Assembly: GCA_013239625.1 (NCBI GenBank)
Contig: MU054220.1
Span: forward strand, 6,308,626-6,372,625
Direction of reading: 5' to 3'
From: Lama guanicoe
Lineage: Eukaryota
DNA length: 64,000 bases
In this document: positions 23,569 to 36,740 of the stretch, piece by piece
How positions within the stretch are numbered: the stretch's first letter is position 1
Layout of the letters: each line of letters begins with the position of its first letter
The notes under the pieces: generated by a model
The model's database searches: none
Seen by the model: only the letters and a program-made list of their open reading frames with translations
Told to the model about the DNA's origin: nothing
Program-made: the position numbers and the translations under genes

Positions 23569-24658
23569 AACATGTTTCTAAGACAGTTAGCATTTATTCC
23601 CCCTTGTTTGTTCAAGGTATGGTCAGGGGCATTTTATGAGAATAGGGAACAAACTTGAGGCAATCTTTGAATAAAGAAGTTTCTTAAGTAAGTGCCATCG
23701 AATCTTAAACTTAATCTCTGGGAGGAATATTAGGTCTCACCGATCCAGCTCTCCTGCTTTATAAATAAAGAGACTGAGGCCCAACATCGTAAGGAAATAC
23801 AACTAGTGATAGATGGCAGTTTGAAGTTGCAGATTTCAGACGTTTGGTCAGTTCCTTCTAGAATGTTCTAGGTCATCTATTTTATATCATATTTTTTAGG
23901 AAAGTGGTCTTTATCCAGAGACCTTTATCTGACCTTTGGCTTGACAAGAATTGGTTTAACTGTAGTTAACAAGCCTTATAAGATAAGTAGGGAAAGTAAA
24001 TGGTAGCTGATTCTTTTTGGAAAGGGCCCGGTAAGGCTCCCCTATACAAATGCCTAATAGAACTCTCCTGATATCTTAACATTGCCCTTAGAGATTCAAT
24101 CATTTAAAGCCTGAGAAGTTACTATTTACTCTACTGGAATTAGGCCCCTCTGTTGTTATTATTATTATAAATATAATTATTACCTTCATTAATGCTATTG
24201 GCATGTTATTTAGTATCTTTAAGTCTCAGTTTTCTTTTCAAAATGAGAATAATAATAGCAGCCATGGAGAATTTATAAGATGAAACTAGTGTCTAGCACA
24301 AGACTAATGTGTCGGGATCACCCCTCTCCCCCAACAAAGTGAAGCCCTTAATGTTTTCATTCCTAGAAATGAATAGACTTATCTACTAGCACAGTAATGA
24401 AATGCTGAAATGCATTTCCATCCTGCAAAAGATTCAAGTAACTAAATAAATTCCAGTAAAGATCCATCAGCTCTGTCTGAAGAAGGAGCCCAGAACAGTC
24501 AGAGCAGACATGTAGACGAGAGGGAGAGTGTTAGTCTCTCCTCTCTGATCATGTACTTGTAGTTGGGACTATCTTCACAAGCTCTAAGGCAGAGCAATGT
24601 GCATAAATATAGGAACAAAACTGCAAAACACCGGTTGGTTGGCTTTGGGCTCCTGGAC

Positions 24659-24848
24659 CAATGGCTCTTAACCAAGTGTAGTGTCGCACCTGGGGGAGTT
24701 TGAAAAGGTGTGGGAACATTTGTGAGTGCCATTTGGCATTTAGTTCCCACAGGCAGGGATTCCTAAGATCCTGTATTTCATGAGACAACCCTACACACTG
24801 AAGAATTATCCAGCCTCAAATGTCAGAAGTGCATCTGCGTTGAACATA
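24659..24848. mobile_element. MER20-like hAT MITE
   Basis: 'caatggctcttaacc...tggcatttag...gaagaattatccagcctcaaatgtcagaagtgc'. Confidence 0.7.
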
Positions 24849-25238
24849 ATATGGTGATGGTGAACTGAAGGAAAAAGTGTGGAGAAATGAGGCTGATGAG
24901 ACAACCAGGTGGGGCTGAGATCAAAGATCCTTTTCTAAGATTTGTAAATAAATGTAAACTTAGAATAAAGAAAGAATGAACTATAATATATATGGAAAAT
25001 ATATAATAATAAATTTTTATCTCTACTAATTTGGATCTCTACCCTGCAGTGAACATATCACCACCTCTCTGTATCCAAATACAGATAAAAGTTTATTCAA
25101 TTTTAGCGAAAGCTCATCCTAGTCTGCTAAGATTAGAAAACACAAAATTTGAGATTATTCTAAATAGACTATTTAAGAAATTAGAATTTACAGATAGCAC
25201 TATTTAGTTAGTCTGAACACATTTCTATATATGCTCCA

Positions 25239-25491
25239 AAGCAGCTTAGCACAGTGGTTGGTTTTGGGCTCTGGAACGAGACAGCTTTGGTTTGTATCCA
25301 GCCTCACTATTTGTTTCTATGACCCTGACAATTTATTTACTCTTACTGGCCTTAGTTGTTTTATTTTTAAGATAGTATTGTTTATATATTCATAGGGTTG
25401 ATAAGAAAAATACATTAATACACGTGAAGTGGTTGCAACAGTCCCTGACATAAATTTGAGCCTTCAATACATATTAACCATTGTTATTATT
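25239..25491 (+). mobile_element. Near full-length MIR SINE
   Basis: 5' 'agcagcttagcacagtggtt...ggctctggaac' through 3' 'caatacatattaaccattgttattatt'. Confidence 0.75.
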
Positions 25492-27639
25492 AGTGAGCAT
25501 TCTAACTAACCAAACTATTGAGAGAATCTGAGAAACACCTGCCAGATTATGTTGCAAATATCAAATATGGAGGCAATAACCGTAAGAGAAAACATAAAAG
25601 TCAGAGATTTAGAGATCATCTAATCGCAAAATGAAGTTTGAAATTCGTGTTTTAATTCAGCATTGACAATTAGGCTATAGTCAAGAATTTTTTCATATGT
25701 CAATCCTTATTTCTTTTGCTCCAAATTAACACAGGAACTGGGATACGCTTATTTCCGAACGTGGCCTCGTAACTTCCTTCTTGGAATGTTTTTAAATCCT
25801 CACTCTTCTCTCATTTTCTCTTCCCTGCTTTTTTCAGCTACTAGTATCTTAACTCCCTTCATTACTATCTCTCTGTGGTCTTCCCGTAATTATAAACTGG
25901 GATCTAGACAGTTTCTGAAAGTGAAGAAGCAAAGGAAAATGTATCTCTTCTTTATTCCCTGAAGCTCAAAAACTTGTGCAGTGTTTTGGCTAGATTAGTA
26001 ACTAGTGTGCCAGGGTACATGTTGGAGGGTACAAGGGATGGGATTTTGGGGGAGAGAGAGATTGGAACAGAATGAATACATTTTTATTTTGTTGGATCAG
26101 AAACCAGTAGTATTCTTGTTTCAACTTTTCATGTGAAATTTGAAAGTTAGTTGTAATTCCTTGATCTTAATATTTTACTTTCTGTAAAATGGGTTTCAGC
26201 AATTACTTTATTTTTTTTTTAGGGGCACTTTTCCCATAAAGTGAACTGGTATTGGTATACCTTTCTGTCATTTAAGGCACTAATAGTTTCTTATGCATTA
26301 TTATTCAGTGACTCAATTATGGGCACTAAATGAGACTGAATTATAGTGATGGTCCAGTCACAATCCATGTTGCCACAGCTGGTATTTAGTTGCCTGGCTG
26401 GCATGTTAATTTCTTCTGTAACCCAGATGTTTCTATGACTCACTATTCGCTGTGTATGAATGAGGTCACATGGCATTTCTACCCACATTTTGGTGGCTTA
26501 TTGCTCAGATCTACTAGGACTCAATTCAGTTTCTGCCACAGCACCTGCTTCAAGCTAAGGAGCTTTTCTTGGTGTCCAAAAGAGGTGTTTGCCTGTGCTT
26601 AAGAAAAGGTTCTCAGTTCTCTGCTTTTTCTCTCTGATTTGGAGACATTATTTTTTGCTCTGAGAATCTGCCAGTGTCACCAGTGTTCTGCCATTGCTAC
26701 CTCAGGAGGACACTGTTCTAGCCAGGAATCCACATCCTGGGAACTGAGAGATGTGAAGCTTCCGTGAAATGGCTCTGTATTGCCTCCAGTCCTCCTTAGG
26801 ACCTGGATGCTCTCTGTTCTCGGCAGAAATGAAGACCTCCAGAGAATTCAGTACGTTTATGACACTGGGCACCACTTGCCGTGATAGCATCTCCATTTTT
26901 TTCTCTCTTCTCTCCACTAAGCAACTGAACACAAGCTTTCCTTTTAAAGGTGTCCTTACTCTTGTGCAAACCATTTAAGCTGATGAGAAGTCACAGTTCC
27001 CTTTGAGGGGTGCCAGTCCAAGAGCAATAAGAATACAGCAGCGCAGCAGCAGCAGTAACAAATGTCAGGTGTAGTGATATCAATGAGAAAACGAATTGTC
27101 ACAATAACAGCCAGTAAATAGTCTGTTGCTGAGTATGTACTCGGCACTCTCATGGGCTTTGCACCATCATCTCATTCAGTTCTCAGTACCTGTGTTTGAG
27201 GCTGGTGGTGTTTTTACAAGAGCCAAATAATCTCCCTTTCTCCCTACTTTATTTCAGATGAGCTTATTAGAGAGCATAGCTGGGCTGCATTCTGTAGGTA
27301 TCTTGTATGAAGTAGAAAGATGTGTGTGCTCAGGGCTTGGCGCAGACAGACAGCTTCATACCCTCTCCAAGACATGATCAGGGAGTGCACAGACCATGTG
27401 GAGCCCTCTTTGTAGGAAGGCAGGCCTGAAGAGAGAGTGAGGAAGTAGTTGATGCTCAGTTCCATCTCCTAAACTCATCAATAATTAATCCTCTCCTTCC
27501 CAAGAGTGGAATAAATGAAGGTGTGGAGACAACCTGCAGAGACTCTTTGATAGATTTCCTGAAAGGGGTCTGCAGATTTCTTCTCTGCTGTGGAAACAGG
27601 TGTCAGGTGAAATCAGTGTTCATCATCCTACTCCACAGT

Positions 27640-27790
27640 AACCACTGTTATGATATCCATTTCACAGACAAGGAAGCAAAGACTTTGAAAGTGAAATCAA
27701 CCTCTAAGTTCATGTAGATAAAAAGTGGAAGATGGAGACTTTGAACCCAGGTCACCCTGACCGCAGCTCCTATGCGCTTAACTCCCTGTG
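27640..27790 (-). mobile_element. MIR SINE fragment
   Basis: 'atccatttcacagacaaggaagc...tttgaacccaggtc'. Confidence 0.65.
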
Positions 27791-28600
27791 ATGCCTCAAC
27801 TTACATTGGATGAAGAGGGCAGATGAATGAATGAATTTTGGCTGACTTCCAGATTATAAAAATCACATTTTTGAAATTGTCACTCGGTTAAAAACACCAT
27901 AATTAACAAGGATGTAGGCTAACTGATGAGGAGTGAATGTATTCAGGGAAAGGGATGTTATGGAATTCATTTGCATATGCTAGAAACACTAATACTTTTA
28001 CTATTGAAAACATTCCCTGTTGCTGTTATAAATGTGTGATACAGTATTTCCTGAATACAAAATATGGTAGGATACTCCGTGGGAGCGTTAAGTATAAATG
28101 TGGCAGTCTAATTTGCACAGATTTTGGCAAGTCCTCAATATTTCCCTTCAAGTTCATTGCCTCTAACTGCAAAGTGTAACAACCCATAAGGTATATCTAA
28201 ACTGTGCTGAAACTCTTCTCAGGCATTTTTATGTTTTTAAATTTAGCTTTGTTACAGGTTGCAAAGTTGTGATCATCCTGGTAACAGTGGTGATCTGTTC
28301 CGGGAAAGAGGAGATCTGAGAGAAGGGACCAGGTTGCTACTCCTCAACACTCCGCCAAATACACACACACACTCACACACACACAAACACACACCTCCCT
28401 CTTTCTTCATTGAGGCATTGTATGTGGATCATTCATTCTTCAAAGTCACCCATCCTCTAAAGATACGTTTGCAAAGCTCATTCATGGTATTATCCAGAGC
28501 TTACTTTTATCTCTAACCTCAAGGTAAGAGGGAATCCCTGTTGTCATGAATTCCTACACCATCCCAGCATTTATGGAGATATATTTCAGCAACTCTTTTT

Positions 28601-29087
28601 TAAAATTTTTAAACAACTTTATTGTGGTATAATTTCTGTACAGTAAACTACACATATTTCTGATGTACACTTTGATGATTGATAGATGTATACACCTATG
28701 AAACCATCACCACAATCAATATACCTAACACTTCCATCATTCCCCAAGAGGTGCAAATTTCAGACCCCCAATTTATCCCTTCCCATCCCCTTTACCCCCT
28801 GGTAACCATAAGTTTATTTTCTATGTCTGTGAGTCTGTTTTCTGTTTTGTAAATAAGTTCATTTGTTGCCCCCCCCCCTTTTTAAGGCATTTTTCTTTTT
28901 CTTTCTGGCTTGCTTCTCTTAGAATGACCATCTCCAGGTCCATCCGTGTTGCTGCAAATGGCATTATTTCATTCTTTCTCATGGCTGTGTAGTATTCCAT
29001 TGTAAACACGTACCACAACTTCTTTATCCAGTTATATGCTGACGGACATTTAGGTTGTTTCTGTGTCTTGTCTGTTGGTGCTGCTTG
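28601..29087 (-). mobile_element. Chimeric L1 insertion: young camelid L1 ORF2 end/3' UTR joined to an old L1MB/ME-type 3' terminus
   Basis: Perfect 12-bp direct repeat GCAACTCTTTTT at 28589-28600 and 29088-29099; young part 28752-29087 encodes KQPKCPS..WIKKLWY..TMEYY; old-type part 28601-28752. Confidence 0.8.
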
Positions 29088-29796
29088 GCAACTCTTTTTG
29101 CCTTTTCTTACAGATGGCTCCTGGAATGATTTGAGCGACACTAATTCACTGCCTCATGATGAATTCCACATTAAGTGTATTGTAGTGCCCACACTTTGTA
29201 TTTTCTCCTCTCAAATAGTTTTTACCTACTTCTGTTTTTCTATAGTTCCACTGGGTACTTAATAACACTTACTGCCTCATATTGAAGCTATTTATATACA
29301 CTTATTTTTTTCCACTTTATCCTACTTACTAGCTAGGTGATCTGTAGCAAGTTATTTATAAATAATAATGATACTTGCTTCACAGGATTCCTATGATAAC
29401 TTGATGAATAATCAAAAAAATATTATTTTAGTGCTTACTAAAATAATTCCTATGCTTAAAAATCACAATGCCTAAAAATTAGTAAGCACTAAAATAATAT
29501 TACATTAATTTTTAGAGACCTGAATAGCTGTTCATAAAAATATCTATTTGAGAACATGTAAAAATGTTTATCAATGCTGGTTATTTGGCAGGTGGCCAAT
29601 AAAATGTGAATATGAGTTTCTGTTCTTTTCTGAGATATTATGGGAACTTGAGGGAAAGAGAACATCTATCACTTGTAAGAGTTGTGTAGTGATTTAGCCT
29701 TTAAAAGTCATCAATAAATACCTACTGAATGTACAAGTCAGTGGACATGGTAGCATTAGAGGTGATGGCAGAGTATCACTGGGTCATGGTTTATTG

Positions 29797-30050
29797 CAGT
29801 GGCTCTCAGACTTGGGCGTCATCCGTGTCGTTGTCACTTCATGCCATGCCTGGTGCACATCAACAAATATTTTTAGAAATGAACTATTTGATTAAAATTC
29901 CCTGAGGTGGTTGCTTATTGCAAGTTGCCAGCATCTACCTCAGATTTACTGAATGTGAAACACTGAAGGAGGGGCTGAGGCAAAGAGAAACGTTATGTTA
30001 AACACATTTTATAAGTTATACTCATGAACTCTGAAGTTCTAGAGTCACTA
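29797..30050. mobile_element. MER5-like hAT MITE (degenerate)
   Basis: 'cagtggctctcagactt...cctcagatttactgaatgtgaaac...aagttctagagtcact'. Confidence 0.45.
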
Positions 30051-30254
30051 ATTTAAGTCACTTTCCAAGTGCCTTGGACCAGGTTGTAGAATAAATAATG
30101 GTTTCTTATGTCATTTAATCTTTCACAAAATGAGTGTTTTTTTAAAGGCCCAAGGTTTGTGTTTTTTGTTTTTTGTTTTTTTTAAAAGCAAATCTCAACC
30201 GTTCAGACTACAGTTCTTGGACATGTTTCTGTTTTTTCTTGAAGGAAGTTATGT

Positions 30255-30862
30255 TCATTTATTCTCTCATTCAATCAATAATTAAGTAACCATTTGTTAA
30301 TACTAATCAATATTAATCAGCTACTGTATGCCAGATACTTTGCTAGGAACACAATGATGATGAAGGCAAGCTTGGTCCTTGCCCATGTGGAACTGTGGTG
30401 TAGTGGGTGGCGGGCATTTATCAAACAGTTACCCAGATTCCTGTATATTTTATGGTAATAAGTGCCATGAAGAAAAGCCATGTAAGCCCTGGTACTTATA
30501 TACAGAAGAATTTGTGTAATTTAAAGTGGAGATGACCAGGTAGACTTTTTCCAAGGACATGACGATTCTTTTGATACCTGTGGAATGAGTAGGAGGTAGA
30601 CGTAGGAAGAAAGGGAGAAATGTGTTCTAGGTAGAGGATTATCAAATGCAAAAGTCTCAGAACAAGAAGTATTTCGGAATATTCTAGAAACTTACAGGCC
30701 AGTGTGACTTAGGAAAAGTCCTCTGGAAAGAGGTTGACAGGACGTGTGGATGGTGAAAAGTGAGCGGGTACCAGATTGCACAGGAACCTGTCCACCTCGC
30801 GATGGGAAGGATTTAGGACACTGCCTCTCTTCTCACACGGACACACTGGAAGCATTTCCAGA
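30255..30862 (-). mobile_element. L2 LINE 3' region
   Basis: 'cattcaatcaat...ctactgtatgccagatactttgctagg...gtgttctaggtagagga...tgcaaaag'. Confidence 0.8.
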
Positions 30863-32464
30863 GTACTGAGCCAGTCATTTGAATGCTGAGGCCCAGTTAT
30901 CTCTCCTGAAAGCCTCACTCCTTTTGGTGCTCTGTGCACCCACTAACTCTGTATGTGAAGAAGCAGCGAGCAGACCAGGTTATCTTGAACTACCAGAACA
31001 TTTGTTCTATATTTCACAAATCCTCTGCATACAAATTAACCTCAACCATGTTCTGATGCAGTCTTATACCTATGTCAGTTTTCCTAAATGCAAATTTTGG
31101 ATAGATATATTTAGAACAGGACCAAAACAGGACAGAAAATCTCATTATTTTGGTAAATAGTATGTATTGAGCATCCTTAGTTCAGTTTCTTCCTTGGAGA
31201 GGTTTCTCTCATTAACATAACACAGCATATTTTTGTTCTTTAAGTATGTTAATTTTTAAGTGTGATCCAAATGAATAAAGTATTCATGTTCAGGGTTAAC
31301 ACAATCAAAGACGTTCCCGACATCATTCAGCGCTAATTGTGGGAGGGTGGAGAAGCAGGCTGCTAGTTAGGGGAGCCCAGGCTGTCCGTTTGCTGCGGCC
31401 TGTCCATTGTGTCCACCGTCCATCACAGGCCAGCAGTCTGGCCCAGACGTTACTTCATCACAGGCAATTATGGACAAGGTGGGATCACCCCTTTTTAAAA
31501 TTTTCCCTTGTGGCTGCTGCTAGTTCTAGATGAAAGGCTGATTGCCGCCGGACTTGCAGGATCAGGACATTTTATTTTCAGTGCATTTTTGTCCTTCCTT
31601 CAGAGACTTCTCTTGCTCCTTGCTCCACCCTCAGGCACCCAGTGCCCTCCTGCTGTCTCTTGCCTACCTTTTCCAGCCACAGTGTTGCCCATGCTCTCTG
31701 TCTCATTGAAACTTAGCTGCTTTGTGTCTTAGTCGTTTCAGGTTCTTTTGCTTCTTTCTTTATGAGGTAGCTGTGATTTGAATGAGGAAGTCTTAGAACC
31801 AGCATCAGAGGCTCTGGGTGCAGATCTTACACCCGTTTTTAACTCTGGGAACCTGAAAGCTTTTCATTTGTGTATTAGGTCATAAGAATGTCTGTATATC
31901 ACAGCACTCCGTGGGACCTACACACGTGTGAAGGTATTTTGTCAGCTGCAAAGTTCTGTATAGATATTTTATATCCCCAGAACCCTGAGCCAGCCATTTG
32001 AAAGTGAGGTCTAATTGTCTCTCCTAATTCATCCCTCTTCACTGAGTGTATGTGGCTATGGATTAAACCACTTTGCTCATAAATTAATTAACTAATAGAT
32101 AATTCCCTCATGTATGATTACTGTGTGTAGTTCTCTTTCTTAGAGAGTAGCCGGATTACCACTGCTTCAGAATCATCTAAGTATTGGATGAGACGCAAAT
32201 TCCCAGTACTGTTAAATATAAATTTCTAGGGGTTGAGCCTGATGCTCTGACTTTTAACAGATACTTTGATAAGATGCTTTGTATCTAGTGATGCTGCAGA
32301 CTAACATTTGGGAACTGCTGCCTTCAGGGTTGGTTTTCAGACACTGAAGCACTTGTTGGCTGGTATTAGTAGCAAAAGGTGACCTTTACTATTAGAGAGA
32401 TCTGGCCATGAGGACCTCTTGATGTGGGTTGCCTGGGTCTGGGTTTGTGCTGATTCTGTGATGT

Positions 32465-32613
32465 GTTTTGTTTTTGTTTGTTTGTTTGTTTGTTTCTGGA
32501 GGTGAGGGTAATTAGATTTATTTATTTGTTTTTTTTTTAATGGAGGTGCTGGGGATTGAACTCAGGACTTTGTGCATGCTAAGCACATGCTCTGCCACTG
32601 AGCTGTACCCCCA
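32465..32613 (-). mobile_element. Camelid tRNA-derived SINE (Vic-1 type)
   Basis: Reverse strand reads ggggtacagctcagtggcagagcatgtgcttagcatgcacaaagtcctgagttcaatccccagcacctccatt, with Pol III A/B boxes and an A-rich tail. Confidence 0.88.
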
Positions 32614-32769
32614 CTGCCCATAAGGTAGTTTTAAAGGATAACTAAAGCAGATGATACTGAGTGTTCTTCTCTTAAGAAAGCATTCTTCTTCAGAGATGGT
32701 AGTGGGGTCTGTGCTGAAAGTGATATTTCTACAGAGCCATATCTTGGAGGCATATCTTGGAGGAAAATA

Positions 32770-33160
32770 AAGCAGTCCAGGTCTGGAGGGACAGCACCTA
32801 GAACACCAGGAACACCAGGAATGATATATTGTATTATTCTCCTATCTGTTGCGCCACCACTATCAACATAAAGCTTCCCTCACACGGCCCAAGATGGTTG
32901 TTTGAGCCCCAGTCATCAGTTTGTTTTTCTCCTGGAAAAAAAAATAAGGAAGGCAATGAAATTTAATGTCCCAGTGACACTTACTAAAATTGCATACCAC
33001 CTCCCTCCCTTTTTATCACATTACCTAAAACATATTTGTATGAATATACTTAGATGCGAGGGAGGCTATGAAAAGTAGACTTTATTAAGAATAGCCATGT
33101 GCCCAGCTAAAGAAGAAGGGGGGTGAATACTGAGGGGTAACCAGCAATGACTGTCACTGC
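32770..33160. mobile_element. MaLR LTR (MLT1J-like)
   Basis: 'cccaagatggttg..gagccccagtcatc...gcgagggaggctatgaaaagtag...gccatgtgcccagctaaa'. Confidence 0.55.
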
Positions 33161-33959
33161 ATCCACGGTCTCAGGCTGTCTCCGTTATCACAAAGAAAAT
33201 AGGACAAAGCAAATCACTGATCTCATCAGACAGTTTATTTTTGATAACTTACATAGAAGTCAGTTAGGAATTGCAATCCTTGGATACCAGGTTCAGCTCT
33301 GAATTTGGGCCTCTGGACGTGGAGATATGGCTGGACAATCAGAAGATGGTTCAACATTGAAGGCAGCTTCTAGAGACTCTGTAATTCCTAGAGGCAAAAT
33401 TCATTGTCCCTGGACCATTATGTTGGTTCATATTCTCCTCTAATTTTTGTTTTATGCTACAGTTTGATGATTTACTTTTAGTCTTCGTGGTCCTATAACC
33501 TACATTGGTGGTATCTCACTCTGCAATTCTTTCCTACTCTTATACACACTACTACTAATAAATTAATGTTATTGCATCTCATACTACAGTGAAAGAATCA
33601 AGTTGTCTCAACTAATTGTTATGAGTGTCCCTTTTAGAGAATTGTTTCTGTTGTTTGTTTGTTTTTGATACCATGCCATTTTATCCATTCCTGGCCAGAC
33701 TGTAGATTGGCTGTGTGAATTACAGTCATTATGGTCCAGAGTGCCCATGAAGAGAGGGGCAGGATCTTCTCTTTAGACCTATTCTTTCCAAATCTGATTG
33801 CACATTAAAATTACTTGTTAAGTTAACCATTAAATATACACTGTAGGTGCACAGCCAGATTTGGGAACTATGATATGACTTGAGATTTATGGGATCACAT
33901 AAGGCCACTTCCTTCATCAAGGAACTTCTGGTAAGAACCATCTTTCTGGCTCTTCAGGT

Positions 33960-34600
33960 GTGGTATGGTTTTTGAAAATGGTTTAGGATCCCTGTATGAT
34001 GGGCTTACTGGTTTCTTGACTCATCTCTCACCACTGACCAGCTGAAATGTTTTGTAAGTCCGTAATGTTTTTTTAGTTCACCAACCATCATTCTTTCTAT
34101 TTGTCTTATTCAACTCACTCATCAAGACACTGTTCAAGCATCACCATTTCTTATAGCTCCTTCTTAGTGATATGGCTTCAGTGACGACTCCTGCTCTCCC
34201 GGGGTGTCCAGGGCCATCCTTTTAGCATCACGCTTGCCACACGCTATTGTGATTGTTTGCATATACATCTCTTGCAGTCCACTGTGGACGACTTGAAGGT
34301 GAGTGGTCTCTAAAGAGGAACGTATGAGTATGTATATGTTTATTCATAAAACCAAATTATCTCACCCTAGTGGATATATTATTCTAGGTGTCAGACCAAT
34401 AACTCATTTTATTTAATATGTCTTGACTGGGATTCAGTACTCTACCCTAGCACTACTGCTGCCCCCTCCAGAAGTAGTCACAATTTTTGATCTACCGCCC
34501 ATTTCTTTGCCTGTCATTCATTTCTTCCCTCTCAAAGCCTAGTAAAAAACCTGGAATATAGGAAGAACTGAACAAATATTTGCTGAATGGATGTGTAAGC
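33960..34600 (+). mobile_element. L2 fragments
   Basis: 'tcaagacactgttcaagcatcacc', 'cctggaatataggaagaactgaacaaatatttgctgaatg'. Confidence 0.5.
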
Positions 34601-36299
34601 ATGTGTTTTTTCAAATACCTGATGAAATCTTAAAGCCATGTTTAATGTACAGGTTATAGAACTCTATAAAAATAAATTCATTTTAATTCACTCTGCTCCC
34701 TTCAGCTGATATCTTTTGATGCCTTTCATGGGAAAATTGATGCATTTCTCCATTGACTTATAGAATAAGAAGTTTTTTTTTTTTAAAGATAGCAAGGAGA
34801 AAAGGACTGTGAGAATAGAACAAATGTGTCAAAACATGCACTGTGCTTGGAGAAGGGATCTACAAAGATCAACCTGGCACCCCTCATCCTAGAGAAAATG
34901 GTTGGTAACTTTACTGAATACACTCTTCTTGGCCAACAAAGAGATTTAGATCTTCAACCATTGCAGCTGCGACTGTAACTGTGTGGGATGGGGTGGTGTC
35001 TGGGAAACTGTTCTAAAGGGTTTTTAACCAGGGAATCACCCACAATATTTTGTTTAGAGTGATAAGGGTGATACATGACTGCAGTCAGGAGTTTCTTGGA
35101 TATTTTCATTCTGCTGTTTGTCAAGCACCTACCTTAATTCATTAAGGACAAAGTAGAAATTAATTTCCATCTCTCTTCCAAAATCGCCCTGTGTTTAAAA
35201 GTTTTTTTTTTCAATATTATAAACAATGATCTAGTCTCCTGCAGTTGAAGTCTCGTCTAATTTTCTGCCTTGACTTCCCTGTCAGTGTCCTGCACCCTTT
35301 TTAAATAGACACTAAATTCTACTGATTCTCCTTTGAAAAATCTGTCTCAAATATTCCTCTCTAAACCCACTGCCATGGATTTAGTTCAAGTGCTGCTCGT
35401 CCCACATCACCAGCCTCCTAAATGAACACCCTGTCTGTAATCCCTGCCCCCATTCTAGTCTTTCTTGCTGCCACCCACCCTCAAAAGTGCCTCCCTGAAG
35501 TATTAAGATTATATTATCCACCTGCCTTCAAAACATGTTATCATACCATTGCCTACAAGATACTGTCTAGTTTTCTACAAGGGAAAAAAAAAACATCCTC
35601 TATCAGTCAGTAAAGACATGTAGCCTCAGGGGTCAGTTTTGCACATAGTCATAAAATCTTTATATGCTTGAGGATAAACAACAGATTAGCCCAATGCTAC
35701 TACTATAAAGTAGTGCAATATGAACACATGTACCAACTGAGAATTTGCAGGAAATGAAGCAATTCTCTATAGAATTAAATGCTGTAATGTTAGATTGTTA
35801 AGTTTAAGACGAAAAGTATTAGTTCATGATGCTCTGTGGTACTGGTCATTTTCTTTCTCCTCAGAGGAATACAGAGAAAAAAACACAGAACCACAGCACT
35901 TTATACACTAGGGTGATTTCTGTTGCTTCCATTGAAACTTTGATTGTCAGGACTCTGGAAAATCCATCCTAGTGCTCTGTACAGTAGTTGTTCACACCTT
36001 GATAAAGGAGATGGAGAGACTAGTCAGTCTGTGAGGAACAGCATGCTCTAGGTGGAAAAGAAAGTGTACAATAAACCAAAATAATGAAAAATCTAGCTAA
36101 AGAAATGGTGGAAACTTAATACTAGAGAAATATTTCCAGTGCAAGGTGGGCACAATAATCATATACTTGACTGAAGAAAAGAAATTGAGGATCAAATTAA
36201 AATGATATCTCAGTGAACATTTTAACTAATTCATTCATTCATTCATTAAAATAATAAAAAGTAAATCATAAACAGAGATAGGACCAAAGTCTTTACTTC

Positions 36300-36461
36300 A
36301 GACAATAGAATTGTACTAATGTTGATGTCTTGGTTTTGGTAATTGTATCATGGTTATATACATTCACAGCACGAGGGGAAACTGTGAGGGTTAATGGGAA
36401 TGCTCTATACTGTTTTTGCAATTCCTCTGTAAGTCTAAACTTATTTCAAAATAAAAAGTTA
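36300..36461 (+). mobile_element. Old L1 3' end (L1MC/ME)
   Basis: 'ggggaaactgtgaggg...tttttgcaattcctctgtaagtctaaacttatttcaaaataaaaagtt'. Confidence 0.75.
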
Positions 36462-36551
36462 GAAAGTAAGTCAGTCTTGAAAAAGCATGCATGACGTCTG
36501 TTTTATTTTTTTGTCCAGCTGTACATTTTTATCATTACTGCTAGGTTAGTG

Positions 36552-36740
36552 TTTTTTGTTTTGTTTTGATTTTTTATTGAAGTATAGTCATTTACAATGT
36601 TATGTTAATTTCTGGTATGCGGCATAATGGTTCATTTATACATATATATTCCTTTTCATACTATTTTTCATTATAGGCTATTACAAGGTATTGAATACAG
36701 TTCCTTGTGCTATACAGTAGGACCTTGTTGTTTATTTTAT
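36552..36740 (-). mobile_element. Short L1 3' end, copy 1 of a tandem pair
   Basis: 'tttttattgaagtatagtc...ttccttgtgctatacagtaggaccttgttg'. Confidence 0.85.

Noticed and set aside
28821..29141. 106-aa ORF with L1 ORF2 C-terminal motifs
   Set aside because: Fragment of the chimeric L1 insertion, not a gene
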